This document shows, in pieces, positions 12,154 through 26,878 of a stretch of DNA of 64,000 nt (its first letter is position 1; each line of letters opens with the position of its first letter). The DNA lies in the NCBI GenBank assembly GCA_002269645.1, contig NIVC01002658.1:62001-126000 (forward strand), read 5' to 3'. This DNA is from Macrostomum lignano. Its lineage: Eukaryota. The notes under the pieces are model-generated. The model made no database searches, was not told the origin of the DNA, and saw nothing but the letters and a program-made list of their open reading frames with translations. Position numbers and translations under genes: made by a program.

Positions 12154-12455
12154 GCCTAGAGTTTTAGTTATATAACTGGTTGGAGAAGCCGTTTCTGCTT
12201 CCGCCCGACAAATTATTTAATTAATAACTCAGTTAGTGCCTCTTTCAGGCGAGCTGATTTTAATACGTTCCAAAGTTTTATATATAGTTGACATAGTCTA
12301 TAATATGACCCGTCTATCCTTTTAAGTTCTACGTAGCGTTGATTCAGTCTGGTATAATTTAGTTTGCGTCTACTTAAAGTAGGATTGCACGTTTTCTAAT
12401 GTTGGCTGTTAAAATGTTGCTTCAATTTTTGTGTGTATTGAGTTTTACCATAGAG

Positions 12456-12813
12456 TTCTAGACCTAGAATCTGGAGTCGAAACTGCTGGTCAAACCATGG
12501 GCTTCTAGACCTAGAATCTGGAGTCGAAACTGCTGGTCAAACCATGGGCTTCTAGACCTAGAATCTGGAGTCGAAACTGCTGGTTAAACCATGGGCTTCT
12601 AGACCTAGAATCTGGAGTCGAAACTGCTGGTCAAACCATGGGCTTCTAGACCTAGAATCTGGAGTCGAAACTGCTGGTTAAACCATGGGCTTCTAGACCT
12701 AGAATCTAGGGTAAGAACTGCTGGCCAAACCATGGGCTTCTAGAGTTAGAATCTGGAGTGGAAACTGCTGGCCAAACCATGGGCTTCTAGAGTTAGAATC
12801 TGGAGTGGAAACT
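12456..12813. repeat. 47-bp minisatellite A (TTCTAGACCTAGAATCTGGAGTCGAAACTGCTGGTCAAACCATGGGC)
   Basis: About 7-8 tandem copies; no evident similarity to satellite B despite the same unit length. Confidence 0.92.
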
Positions 12814-13980
12814 TCCGGGGGCTTATTCGCTTTGAATCTCTGAAGTTTTCTATGGCTCTGTAAATTTGTCATGTCATTGTTGTTTTGCATCAAAACATCC
12901 CATTCGCTGCGGCCAGTTATGCTCTCCCTCTATGCGTGATTCGTTTTGACCGTCCGTGAAACTCACTTTGATCAGCGTACATGTACATGCGTTGCGCATT
13001 AAAACACAGTCAGTCACATTAATATTTGCATTTTTTTCTTTTCACAATGTTTTCATCACGATTTTGCTTGCCCACGGGTGCTTCTCGGCGCTTAAGCCAA
13101 TTACTAAAGTACATGTTGAACTTCATCTGCTCGGTCTGAATTAGCCACGTGACAGCCGGCTACACCGCCGCGAAAGATAGATAAGCTAAAGTCTAGAATA
13201 AGGATTTCGTTGTTAAGTATCCCAGGTTTAAACTCTGGTGTCGCGCACAGGCACATGATCTGTCATATTCAAGTATGTTCGCTGCTCAGTTTGTATTGTA
13301 GACAAAATGCCCCTGCACTTCTACTGTTGTTCAGTAGTGCACTCAGGCTATCAATGACTAGTTTTAAATTTATATATCCGCGGACGCATATTTAATTTCT
13401 AAAATTGTTTGCGCAAATCATGGACATTACTGTTCTATTTATATATCTAGCATAGCTTTCACCACTTTGACATCATGCTTCCAGTCCGGACTGATTAATT
13501 TAGAGGTCCTTGGCGCTTAGGCGGCCTGGACAGCGCAAGCTTGGACCGGTTTTTACTCTAGTCTTCTCTGCTCCGTATTGATTGTATAGCGAACAACAAG
13601 AAGCTGCTTGAATTTAGCATTGCCTTTTTATAGCGCCATCGTTTCCCAGCCTCCTATTGTGTATTCGGCATGTGCGCCGCCTCGAGCTCTGTGCTCTTAT
13701 GCTATGCTCCTCAGCTACAATGTATTATGAATATACCATTGTCTGGTGTGCGCGGTTTCAGCTGCTGACCGAATTAACGATATGAGTAACACTGATCTGC
13801 GATGTCTTTGTTTCCAACTAATTTTGCTATCGAAGTGAAGTTACGCAATTCCTTTGCATTGTATAATGACAGAAATTCGATGTTTAGCGGCATCATTCAA
13901 CGTTTCCTGTAGTTTGAATGCATTATTTTATTTTAAGTGAATTATTAATTAGCCATGGCTTGATTCAAACATGACACGCA

Positions 13981-16900
13981 ATCTGCCACTATCCAATACG
14001 GATATCTGCCTGTAGAATCGGGCTGCAATCTGTCTCTATCCAATACGGATATCTGCCTGTAGATTCGGGCTGCAATCTGTCTCTATCCAATACAGATATC
14101 TGCCTGTAGATTCGGGCTGCAATCTGTCTCTATCCAATACGGATATCTGCCTGTAGATTCGGGCTGCAATCTGCCTCTATCCAATACGGATATCTGCCTG
14201 TAGATTCGGGCTGCAATCTGCCTCTATCCAATACAGATATCTGCCTGTAGATTCGGGCTGCAATCTGTCTCTATCCAATGCGGATATCTGCCTGTAGATT
14301 CGGGCTGCAATCTGTCTCTATCCAATACGGATATCTGCCTGTAGATTCGGGCTGCAATCTGTCTCTATCCAATACGGATATCTGCCTGTAGATTCGGGCT
14401 GCAATCTGTCTCTATCCAATACGGATATCTGCTTGTAGATTCGGGCTGCAATCTGTCTCTATCCAATACGGATATCTGCCTGTAGATTCGGGCTGCAATC
14501 TGTCTCTATCCAATACGGATATCTGCCTGTAGATTCGGGCTGCAATCTGCCTCTATCCAATACGGATATCTGCCTGTAGATTCGGGCTGCAATCTGCCTC
14601 TATCCAATACAGATATCTGCCTGTAGATTCGGGCTGCAATCTGTCTCTATCCAATACGGATATCTGCCTGTAGATTCGGGCTGCAATCTGCCTCTATCCA
14701 ATACAGATATCTGCCTGTAGATTCGGGCTGCAATCTGCCTCTATCCAATACGGATATCTGCCTGTAGATTCGGGCTACGATCTGTCTCTATCCAATACAG
14801 ATATCTGCCTGTAGATTCGGGCTGCAATCTGTCTCTATCCAATACAGATATCTGCCTGTAGATTCGGGCTGCAATCTGTCTCTATCCAATACAGATATCT
14901 GCCTGTAGATTCGGGCTGCAATCTGTCTCTATCCAATACGGATATCTGCCTGTAGATTCGGGCTGCAATCTGCCTCTATCCAATACAGATATCTGCCTGT
15001 AGATTCGGGCTGCAATCTGTCTCTATCCAATACGGATATCTGCCTGTAGATTCGGGCTGCAATCTGTCTCTATCCAATACGGATATCTGCCTGTAGATTC
15101 GGGCTGCAATCTGCCTCTATCCAATACGGATATCTGCCTGTAGATTCGGGCTGCAATCTGCCTCTATCCAATACAGATATCTGCCTGTAGATTCGGGCTG
15201 CAATCTGTCTCTATCCAATACGGATATCTGCCTGTAGATTCGGGCTGCAATCTGCCTCTATCCAATACGGATATCTGCCTGTAGATTCGGGCTGCAATCT
15301 GCCTCTATCCAATACAGATATCTGCCTGTAGATTCGGGCTGCAATCTGTCTCTATCCAATACGGATATCTGCCTGTAGATTCGGGCTGCAATCTGTCTCT
15401 ATCCAATACGGATATCTGCCTGTAGATTCGGGCTGCAATCTGCCTCTATCCAATACGGATATCTGCCTGTAGATTCGGGCTGCAATCTGTCTCTATCCAA
15501 TACAGATATCTGCCTGTAGATTCGGGCTGCAATCTGCCTCTATCCAATACAGATATCTGCCTGTAGATTCGGGCTGCAATCTGTCTCTATCCAATACAGA
15601 TATCTGCCTGTAGATTCGGGCTGCAATCTGTCTCTATCCAATACGGATATCTGCCTGTAGATTCGGGCTGCAATCTGCCTCTATCCAATACAGATATCTG
15701 CCTGTAGATTCGGGCTGCAATCTGTCTCTATCCAATACGGATATCTGCCTGTAGATTCGGGCTGCAATCTGTCTCTATCCAATACGGATATCTGCCTGTA
15801 GATTCGGGCTGCAATCTGTCTCTATCCAATGCGGATATCTGCCTGTAGATTCGGGCTACGATCTGTCTCTATCCAATACGGATATCTGCCTGTAGATTCG
15901 GGCTGCAATCTGCCTCTATCCAATACGGATATCTGCCTGTAGATTCGGGCTGCAATCTGTCTCTATCCAATGCGGATATCTGCCTGTAGATTCGGGCTAC
16001 GATCTGTCTCTATCCAATACAGATATCTGCCTGTAGATTCGGGCTGCAATCTGTCTCTATCCAATACGGATATCTGCCTGTAGATTCGGGCTGCAATCTG
16101 TCTCTATCCAATACGGATATCTGCCTGTAGAATTGGGCTACGATCTGTCTCTATCCAATACGGATATCTGCCTGTAGATTCGGGCTGCAATCTGTCTCTA
16201 TCCAATACGGATATCTGCCTGTAGATTCGGGCTGCAATCTGTCTCTATCCAATACGGATATCTGCCTGTAGATTCGGGCTGCAATCTGTCTCTATCCAAT
16301 GCGGATATCTGCCTGTAGATTCGGGCTACGATCTGTCTCTATCCAATGCGGATATCTGCCTGTAGATTCGGGCTGCAATCTGTCTCTATCCAATACGGAT
16401 ATCTGCCTGTAGATTCGAGCTGCAATCTGCTCTATCCAATACGGATATCTGCCTGTAGATTCGGGCTACGATCTGTCTCTATCCAATACGGATATCTGCC
16501 TGTAGATTCGGGCTGCAATCTGTCTCTATCCAATACGGATATCTGCCTGTAGATTCGGGCTGCAATCTGTCTCTATCCAATACAGATATCTGCCTGTAGA
16601 TTCGGGCTACGATCTGTCTCTATCCAATACAGATATCTGCCTGTAGAATCGGGCTGCAATCTGCCTCTATCCAATACGGATATCTGCCTGTAGATTCGGG
16701 CTACGATCTGTCTCTATCCAATACGGATATCTGCCTGTAGATTCGGGCTACGATCTGTCTCTATCCAATACGGATATCTGCCTGTAGATTCGGGCTACGA
16801 TCTGTCTCTATCCAATACGGATATCTGCCTGTAGATTCGGGCTGCAATCTGCCTCTATCCAATACGGATATCTGCCTGTAGATTCGGGCTGCAATCTGTC

Positions 16901-19900
16901 TCTATCCAATGCGGATATCTGCCTGTAGATTCGGGCTGCAATCTGTCTCTATCCAATACAGATATCTGCCTGTAGATTCGGGCTGCAATCTGTCTCTATC
17001 CAATACAGATATCTGCCTGTAGAATCGGGCTGCAATCTGTCTCTATCCAATACAGATATCTGCCTGTAGATTCGGGCTGCAATCTGTCTCTATCCAATGC
17101 GGATATCTGCCTGTAGATTCGGGCTGCAATCTGTCTCTATCCAATACGGATATCTGCCTGTAGATTCGGGCTGCAATCTGTCTCTATCCAATACGGATAT
17201 CTGCCTGTAGATTCGGGCTGCAATCTGTCTCTATCCAATGCGGATATCTGCCTGTAGATTCGGGCTACGATCTGTCTCTATCCAATACAGATATCTGCCT
17301 GTAGATTCGGGCTGCAATCTGTCTCTATCCAATACGGATATCTGCCTGTAGATTCGGGCTGCAATCTGTCTCTATCCAATACGGATATCTGCCTGTAGAT
17401 TCGGGCTGCAATCTGTCTCTATCCAATACGGATATCTGCCTGTAGATTCGGGCTGCAATCTGTCTCTATCCAATACGGATATCTGCCTGTAGATTCGGGC
17501 TGCAATCTGTCTCTATCCAATACGGATATCTGCCTGTAGATTCGGGCTGCAATCTGCCTCTATCCAATACGGATATCTGCCTGTAGATTCGGGCTGCAAT
17601 CTGTCTCTATCCAATACGATATCTGCCTGTAGATTCGGGCTGCAATCTGTCTCTATCCAATACGGATATCTGCCTGTAGATTCGGGCTGCAATCTGCTCT
17701 ATCCAATACGGATATCTGCCTGTAGATTCGGGCTGCAATCTGTCTCTATCCAATACGGATATCTGCCTGTAGATTCGGGCTGCAATCTGTCTCTATCCAA
17801 TACGGATATCTGCCTGTAGATTCGGGCTGCAATCTGTCTCTATCCAATGCGGATATCTGCCTGTAGATTCGGGCTACGATCTGTCTCTATCCAATACGGA
17901 TATCTGCCTGTAGATTCGGGCTGCAATCTGCTCTATCCAATACGGATATCTGCCTGTAGATTCGGGCTGCAATCTGTCTCTATCCAATGCGGATATCTGC
18001 CTGTAGATTCGGGCTACGATCTGTCTCTATCCAATACGATATCTGCCTGTAGATTCGGGCTGCAATCTGTCTCTATCCAATACGGATATCTGCCTGTAGA
18101 TTCGGGCTGCAATCTGTCTCTATCCAATACGGATATCTGCCTGTAGATTCGGGCTACGATCTGTCTCTATCCAATACGGATATCTGCCTGTAGATTCGGG
18201 CTGCAATCTGTCTCTATCCAATACGGATATCTGCCTGTAGATTCGGGCTGCAATCTGTCTCTATCCAATACGGATATCTGCCTGTAGATTCGGGCTGCAA
18301 TCTGTCTCTATCCAATACGGATATCTGCCTGTAGATTCGGGCTGCAATCTGTCTCTATCCAATACAGATATCTGCCTGTAGATTCGGGCTACGATCTGTC
18401 TCTATCCAATACAGATATCTGCCTGTAGAATCGGGCTGCAATCTGTCTCTATCCAATACGGATATCTGCCTGTAGATTCGGGCTACGATCTGTCTCTATC
18501 CAATACGGATATCTGCCTGTAGATTCGGGCTACGATCTGTCTCTATCCAATACGGATATCTGCCTGTAGATTCGGGCTACGATCTGTCTCTATCCAATAC
18601 GGATATCTGCCTGTAGATTCGGGCTGCAATCTGCCTCTATCCAATACGGATATCTGCCTGTAGATTCGGGCTGCAATCTGTCTCTATCCAATACGGATAT
18701 CTGCCTGTAGATTCGGGCTGCAATCTGTCTCTATCCAATACAGATATCTGCCTGTAGATTCGGGCTGCAATCTGTCTCTATCCAATACAGATATCTGCCT
18801 GTAGATTCGGGCTGCAATCTGTCTCTATCCAATACGGATATCTGCCTGTAGATTCGGGCTGCAATCTGTCTCTATCCAATACGGATATCTGCCTGTAGAT
18901 TCGGGCTGCAATCTGTCTCTATCCAATACGGATATCTGCCTGTAGATTCGGGCTGCAATCTGTCTCTATCCAATACGGATATCTGCCTGTAGATTCGGGC
19001 TGCAATCTGTCTCTATCCAATACGGATATCTGCCTGTAGATTCGGGCTGCGATCTGTCTCTATCCAATACGGATATCTGCCTGTAGATTCGGGCTGCAAT
19101 CTGTCTCTATCCAATACGGATATCTGCCTGTAGATTCGGGCTGCAATCTGTCTCTATCCAATACGGATATCTGCCTGTAGATTCGGGCTGCAATCTGTCT
19201 CTATCCAATACGGATATCTGCCTGTAGATTCGGGCTGCAATCTGTCTCTATCCAATACGGATATCTGCCTGTAGATTCGGGCTACGATCTGTCTCTATCC
19301 AATGCGGATATCTGCCTGTAGATTCGGGCTACGATCTGTCTCTATCCAATACGGATATCTGCCTGTAGATTCGGGCTGCAATCTGTCTCTATCCAATGCG
19401 GATATCTGCCTGTAGATTCGGGCTGCAATCTGTCTCTATCCAATACGGATATCTGCCTGTAGATTCGGGCTACGATCTGTCTCTATCCAATACAGATATC
19501 TGCCTGTAGAATCGGGCTGCAATCTGTCTCTATCCAATACGGATATCTGCCTGTAGATTCGGGCTACGATCTGTCTCTATCCAATACGGATATCTGCCTG
19601 TAGATTCGGGCTGCAATCTGTCTCTATCCAAACGGATATCTGCCTGTAGATTCGGGCTGCAATCTGTCTCTATCCAATACGGATATCTGCCTGTAGATTC
19701 GGGCTGCAATCTGTCTCTATCCAATACAGATATCTGCCTGTAGATTCGGGCTGCAATCTGTCTCTATCCAATACAGATATCTGCCTGTAGATTCGGGCTG
19801 CAATCTGTCTCTATCCAATACGGATATCTGCCTGTAGATTCGGGCTGCAATCTGTCTCTATCCAATACGGATATCTGCCTGTAGATTCGGGCTGCAATCT

Positions 19901-22900
19901 GTCTCTATCCAATACGGATATCTGCCTGTAGATTCGGGCTGCAATCTGTCTCTATCCAATACAGATATCTGCCTGTAGATTCGGGCTGCAATCTGTCTCT
20001 ATCCAATACAGATATCTGCCTGTAGAATCGGGCTGCAATCTGTCTCTATCCAATGCGGATATCTGCCTGTAGATTCGGGCTACGATCTGTCTCTATCCAA
20101 TACAGATATCTGCCTGTAGATTCGGGCTGCAATCTGTCTCTATCCAATACGGATATCTGCCTGTAGATTCGGGCTGCAATCTGTCTCTATCCAATACGGA
20201 TATCTGCCTGTAGATTCGGGCTGCAATCTGTCTCTATCCAATACGGATATCTGCCTGTAGATTCGGGCTGCAATCTGTCTCTATCCAATACGGATATCTG
20301 CCTGTAGATTCGGGCTGCAATCTGTCTCTATCCAATACAGATATCTGCCTGTAGATTCGGGCTGCAATCTGTCTCTATCCAATACGATATCTGCCTGTAG
20401 ATTCGGGCTGCAATCTGTCTCTATCCAAACAGATATCTGCCTGTAGATTCGGGCTGCAATCTGTCTCTATCCAATACGGATATCTGCCTGTAGATTCGGG
20501 CTGCAATCTGTCTCTATCCAATACGGATATCTGCCTGTAGATTCGGGCTGCAATCTGTCTCTATCCAATACGGATATCTGCCTGTAGATTCGGGCTGCAA
20601 TCTGTCTCTATCCAATACGGATATCTGCCTGTAGATTCGGGCTACATCTGTCTCTATCCAATACAGATATCTGCCTGTAGATTCGGGCTGCAATCTGTCT
20701 CTATCCAATACGGATATCTGCCTGTAGATTCGGGCTGCAATCTGTCTCTATCCAATACGGATATCTGCCTGTAGATTCGGGCTGCAATCTGTCTCTATCC
20801 AATACGGATATCTGCCTGTAGATTCGGGCTGCAATCTGTCTCTATCCAATACGGATATCTGCCTGTAGATTCGGGCTGCAATCTGTCTCTATCCAATACG
20901 GATATCTGCCTGTAGATTCGGGCTACGATCTGTCTCTATCCAATACGGATATCTGCCTGTAGATTCGGGCTGCAATCTGTCTCTATCCAATACGGATATC
21001 TGCCTGTAGATTCGGGCTGCAATCTGTCTCTATCCAATACGATATCTGCCTGTAGATTCGGGCTACGATCTGTCTCTATCCAATACGATATCTGCCTGTA
21101 GATTCGGGCTGCAATCTGTCTCTATCCAATACGGATATCTGCCTGTAGATTCGGGCTACGATCTGTCTCTATCCAATACGGATATCTGCCTGTAGATTCG
21201 GGCTGCAATCTGTCTCTATCCAATACGGATATCTGCCTGTAGATTCGGGCTACGATCTGTCTCTATCCAATACGGATATCTGCCTGTAGATTCGGGCTGC
21301 AATCTGTCTCTATCCAATACGGATATCTGCCTGTAGATTCGGGCTGCAATCTGTCTCTATCCAATGGATATCTGCCTGTAGATTCGGGCTGCAATCTGTC
21401 TCTATCCAATACAGATATCTGCCTGTAGATTCGGGCTGCAATCTGTCTCTATCCAATACAGATATCTGCCTGTAGATTCGGGCTGCAATCTGTCTCTATC
21501 CAATACAGATATCTGCCTGTAGATTCGGGCTGCATCTGTCTCTATCCAATACGGATATCTGCCTGTAGATTCGGGCTGCAATCTGCCTCTATCCAATACG
21601 GATATCTGCCTGTAGATTCGGGCTGCAATCTGTCTCTATCCAATGTGGATATCTGCCTGTAGATTCGGGCTGCAATCTGTCTCTATCCAATACAGATATC
21701 TGCCTGTAGATTCGGGCTGCAATCTGTCTCTATCCAATACAGATATCTGCCTGTAGATTCGGGCTGCAATCTGTCTCTATCCAATACAGATATCTGCCTG
21801 TAGATTCGGGCTGCAATCTGTCTCTATCCAATACGGATATCTGCCTGTAGATTCGGGCTGCAATCTGTCTCTATCCAATACGGATATCTGCCTGTAGATT
21901 CGGGCTGCAATCTGTCTCTATCCAATACGGATATCTGCCTGTAGATTCGGGCTGCAATCTGTCTCTATCCAATACGGATATCTGCCTGTAGATTCGGGCT
22001 ACGATCTGTCTCTATCCAATACAGATATCTGCCTGTAGATTCGGGCTGCAATCTGTCTCTATCCAATACGGATATCTGCCTGTAGATTCGGGCTGCAATC
22101 TGTCTCTATCCAATACGGATATCTGCCTGTAGATTCGGGCTGCAATCTGTCTCTATCCAATACGGATATCTGCCTGTAGATTCGGGCTGCAATCTGTCTC
22201 TATCCAATACGGATATCTGCCTGTAGATTCGGGCTACGATCTGTCTCTATCCAATGCGGATATCTGCCTGTAGATTCGGGCTACGATCTGTCTCTATCCA
22301 ATACGGATATCTGCCTGTAGATTCGGGCTGCAATCTGTCTCTATCCAATGCGGATATCTGCCTGTAGATTCGGGCTGCAATCTGTCTCTATCCAATGCGG
22401 ATATCTGCCTGTAGATTCGGGCTACGATCTGTCTCTATCCAATACAGATATCTGCCTGTAGAATCAGGCTGCAATCTGTCTCTATCCAATACGGATATCT
22501 GCCTGTAGATTCGGGCTACGATCTGTCTCTATCCAATACGGATATCTGCCTGTAGATTCGGGCTGCAATCTGCCTCTATCCAATACGGATATCTGCCTGT
22601 AGATTCGGGCTGCAATCTGTCTCTATCCAATGCGGATATCTGCCTGTAGATTCGGGCTGCAATCTGTCTCTATCCAATACAGATATCTGCCTGTAGATTC
22701 GGGCTGCAATCTGTCTCTATCCAATACAGATATCTGCCTGTAGATTCGGGCTGCAATCTGTCTCTATCCAATACAGATATCTGCCTGTAGATTCGGGCTG
22801 CAATCTGTCTCTATCCAATACGGATATCTGCTGTAGATTCGGGCTGCAATCTGTCTCTATCCAATACGGATATCTGCCTGTAGATTCGGGCTGCAATCTG

Positions 22901-25268
22901 TCTCTATCCAATACGGATATCTGCCTGTAGATTCGGGCTGCAATCTGTCTCTATCCAATACGGATATCTGCCTGTAGATTCGGGCTACGATCTGTCTCTA
23001 TCCAATACAGATATCTGCCTGTAGAATCGGGCTGCAATCTGTCTCTATCCAATACGGATATCTGCCTGTAGATTCGGGCTGCAATCTGTCTCTATCCAAT
23101 ACGGATATCTGCCTGTAGATTCGGGCTGCAATCTGTCTCTATCCAATACGGATATCTGCTGTAGATTCGGGCTGCAATCTGTCTCTATCCAATACGGATA
23201 TCTGCCTGTAGATTCGGGCTGCAATCTGTCTCTATCCAATACGGATATCTGCCTGTAGATTCGGGCTACGATCTGTCTCTATCCAATACGGATATCTGCC
23301 TGTAGATTCGGCTACGATCTGTCTCTATCCAATACGGATATCTGCCTGTAGATTCGGGCTGCAATCTGTCTCTATCCAATACAGATATCTGCCTGTAGAT
23401 TCGGGCTGCAATCTGTCTCTATCCAATACAGATATCTGCCTGTAGATTCGGGCTGCAATCTGTCTCTATCCAATACAGATATCTGCCTGTAGATTCGGGC
23501 TACGATCTGTCTCTATCCAATACGGATATCTGCCTGTAGATTCGGGCTGCAATCTGTCTCTATCCAATACAGGTATCTGCCTGTAGATTCGGGCTGCAAT
23601 CTGTCTCTATCCAATACGGATATCTGCCTGTAGATTCGGGCTGCAATCTGTCTCTATCCAATGCGGATATCTGCCTGTAGATTCGGGCTACGATCTGTCT
23701 CTATCCAATACGGATATCTGCCTGTAGATTCGGGCTGCAATCTGTCTCTATCCAATGCGGATATCTGCCTGTAGATTCGGGCTGCAATCTGTCTCTATCC
23801 AATGCGGATATCTGCCTGTAGATTCGGGCTGCAATCTGTCTCTATCCAATACAGATATCTGCCTGTAGATTCGGGCTGCAATCTGTCTCTATCCAATACG
23901 GATATCTGCCTGTAGATTCGGGCTGCAATCTGTCTCTATCCAATACGGATATCTGCCTGTAGATTCGGGCTACGATCTGTCTCTATCCAATACGGATATC
24001 TGCCTGTAGATTCGGGCTACGATCTGTCTCTATCCAATACAGATATCTGCCTGTAGATTCGGGCTGCAATCTGTCTCTATCCAATACGGATATCTGCCTG
24101 TAGATTCAGGCTGCAATCTGCCTCTATCCAATACGGATATCTGCCTGTAGATTTGGGCTGCAATCTGTCTCTATCGAATACGGATATCTGCCTGTAGATT
24201 CGGGCTGCAATCTGTCTCTATCCAATACGGATATCTGCTGTAGATTCGGGCTGCAATCTGTCTCTATCCAATGCGGATATCTGCCTGTAGATTCGGGCTG
24301 CAATCTGCCTCTATCCAATACGGATATCTGCTTGTAGATTCGGGCTGCAATCTGTCTCTATCCAATGCGGATATCTGCCTGTAGATTCGGGCTGCAATCT
24401 GTCTCTATCCAATACGGATATCTGCCTGTAGATTCGGGCTGCAATCTGCCTCTATCCAATGCGGATATCTGCTTGTAGATTCGGGCTGCAATCTGTCTCT
24501 ATCCAATACAGATATCTGCCTGTAGAATCGGGCTGCAATCTGTCTCTATCCAATACAGATATCTGCCTGTAGATTCGGGCTGCAATCTGCCTCTATCCAA
24601 TGCGGATATCTGCTTGTAGATTCGGGCTGCAATCTGTCTCTATCCAATGCGGATATCTGCCTGTAGATTCGGGCTGCAATCTGCCTCTATCCAATGCGGA
24701 TATCTGCCTGTAGATTCGGGCTGCAATCTGTCTCTATCCAATACAGATATCTGCCTGTAGAATCGGGCTGCAATCTGTCTCTATCCAATACAGATATCTG
24801 CCTGTAGATTCGGGCTGCAATCTGTCTCTATCCAATACGGATATCTGCTTGTAGATTCGGGCTGCAATCTGCCTCTATCCAATGCGGATATCTGCCTGTA
24901 GATTCGGGCTGCAATCTGCCTCTATCCAATACAGATATCTGCCTGTAGAATCGGGCTGCAATCTGTCTCTATCCAATACAGATATCTGCCTGTAGATTCG
25001 GGCTGCAATCTGTCTCTATCCAATACGGATATCTGCCTGTAGATTCGGGCTACGATCTGTCTCTATCCAATGCGGATATCTGCCTGTAGATTCTGGCTAC
25101 GATCTGTCTCTATCCAATACGGATATCTGCCTGTAGATTCTGGCTACGATCTGTCTCTATCCAATACGGATATCTGCCTGTAGATTCGGGCTGCAATCTG
25201 TCTCTATCCAATACGGATATCTGCCTGTAGATTCGGGCTACGATCTGTCTCTATCCAATGCGGATATC
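13981..25268. repeat. 47-bp satellite B, left arm (TATCCAATACGGATATCTGCCTGTAGATTCGGGCTGCAATCTGTCTC), ~240 copies
   Basis: 47-bp period over 11.3 kb; head-to-tail with no spacers. Confidence 0.98.
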
Positions 25269-26878
25269 TGTCGCGACTTTCCTAGTCATTTCTTAGTTCA
25301 CCTTCAATTGTCTCTGTTTACTCCGTTTTCTCTCTCTCTGTCTAGCTCAATCTTGTTATTCTTATCTCTCTCTCCCTTGCTGCGTTCTGATTGGTTCTCC
25401 ATTCTCGCCTCTCTATTTAGTCGCGCACTCCACCCCTCTCTTTATTATCTGCAATTCAAACCCCCTAAGTTAATGTCTGGTATAAATATACTTGTTTGGG
25501 CCCTACGCCCACTTACTGGCTTATCTTAGATTCAATTTAACTCCAATTAAATAGTTTTTAGTTTAGTTAGTATTTTTTCTATATGGCGCCCAAACAAAAA
25601 TAGAAACATAAGATGTAGTTAGTTTAATTAAGTGCCAGCTTGGCTGGCTGACTTTGTTTGTCACGCATCGTCTCGTCATTGTCTCGTCGTCCCGTCATCG
25701 TCACTCATCGCTTCGTCTGTCGGCTCATCGCTTCGTCTGCCAGCCTCATCGCTTCGTCTGTCGGCCTCATCGCTTCGTCTGCTAGATTCTCAATCGCCTG
25801 GTCTGTCGGCCTCATCGCTTCGTCTGCTAGATTCTTAATCGCCTGGTCTGTCGGCCTCTCTTCGCTTTTCGTCGCTTCGTGAACACGTTCTCAACTCTTC
25901 GCTTAACGGCATATTCGCTGCTCTACTTGGGCTGTCGGTCTCTGCTTCGGAGTTGGGCCGGCGGCATATTCGCTGCTCTACTTGGGCTGTCGGTCTCTGC
26001 TTCGGAGTTAGGCCGGCGGCATATTCTCTCACTCGGATGTCGATCTCGGCTTCGGAGTCTGTGTCGGCAGTCAATCTCACCGGCCTCTTGTCAAATTTTC
26101 TTCACTCAGTTCCACTCCTCTCTTGTCAATGTCTTCAGTCGTCTCCAGTCGTTCTTTTCATCAACCTGATTCTCATCTCATCTCATCTCTCGTACTCAAC
26201 TGACGATATTTTTAATATTTTTTCTGTACTGTACATGTACCAGTTGTCATCAGTTAAAAATTACTAAATTGTTTGGGGGAGGGCTAGTCTATCCAGTCTC
26301 ATCTCTATTCAGTCTTTTCAGTCTTCTCATTGGTTCAAAAACTACTCAATAAAAATCTAAGTTTAAAATTCGGTCTTAATATTTTGCATTCGCTCTACTG
26401 TTTTTGTATTCAAATTCTTAGTCATTATGTATTTTTCAAATCGTTTTATACACCATTTATTGTGAATGTGTTTTTCAATTTAATTCGACCTAATTCTAAC
26501 TCATTAATTTCAATTGGTAATGGTACTCGAAAATTCAAAAAATGTTCCATTTTTTGGGGGGAGTGTCGCGACTTTCCTAGTCATTTCTTAGTTCACCTTC
26601 AATTGTCTCTGTTTACTCCGTTTTCTCTCTCTCTGTCTAGCTCAATCTTGTTATTCTTATCTCTCTCTCCCTTGCTGCGTTCTGATTGGTTCTCCATTCT
26701 CGCCTCTCTATTTAGTCGCGCACTCCACCCCTCTCTTTATTATCTGCAATTCAAACCCCCTAAGTTAATGTCTGGTATAAATATACTTGTTTGGGCCCTG
26801 CGCCCACTTACTGGCTTATCTTAGATTCAATTTAACTCCAATTAAATAGTTTTTAGTTTAGTTAGTATTTTTTCTACA
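25269..26878 (+). mobile_element. Non-autonomous LTR retroelement (TRIM-like), 1610 bp
   Basis: LTRs at 25269-25583 and 26564-26878 (315 bp each, TG...TA/CA, 2 differences). PBS TGGCGCCCAA at 25584-25593. PPT GGGGGGAG at 26556-26563. 5-bp TSD ATATC at 25264-25268 and 26879-26883. No pol ORF inside. Confidence 0.93.
25584..25593 (+). promoter_or_regulatory. Primer-binding site (tRNA-Lys-type)
   Basis: TGGCGCCCAA immediately after the 5' LTR; complementary to a tRNA 3' CCA end and matching the common Lys-type PBS prefix. Confidence 0.7.

Noticed and set aside
12456-14030. Common origin of the two 47-bp satellites
   Set aside because: Same unit length but no alignable sequence on either strand by eye; likely coincidence.
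25835-26080. 81-aa antisense ORF inside the LTR element as a gag remnant
   Set aside because: Short, built partly from the 55-bp duplication, and has no zinc knuckle or other recognisable motif.
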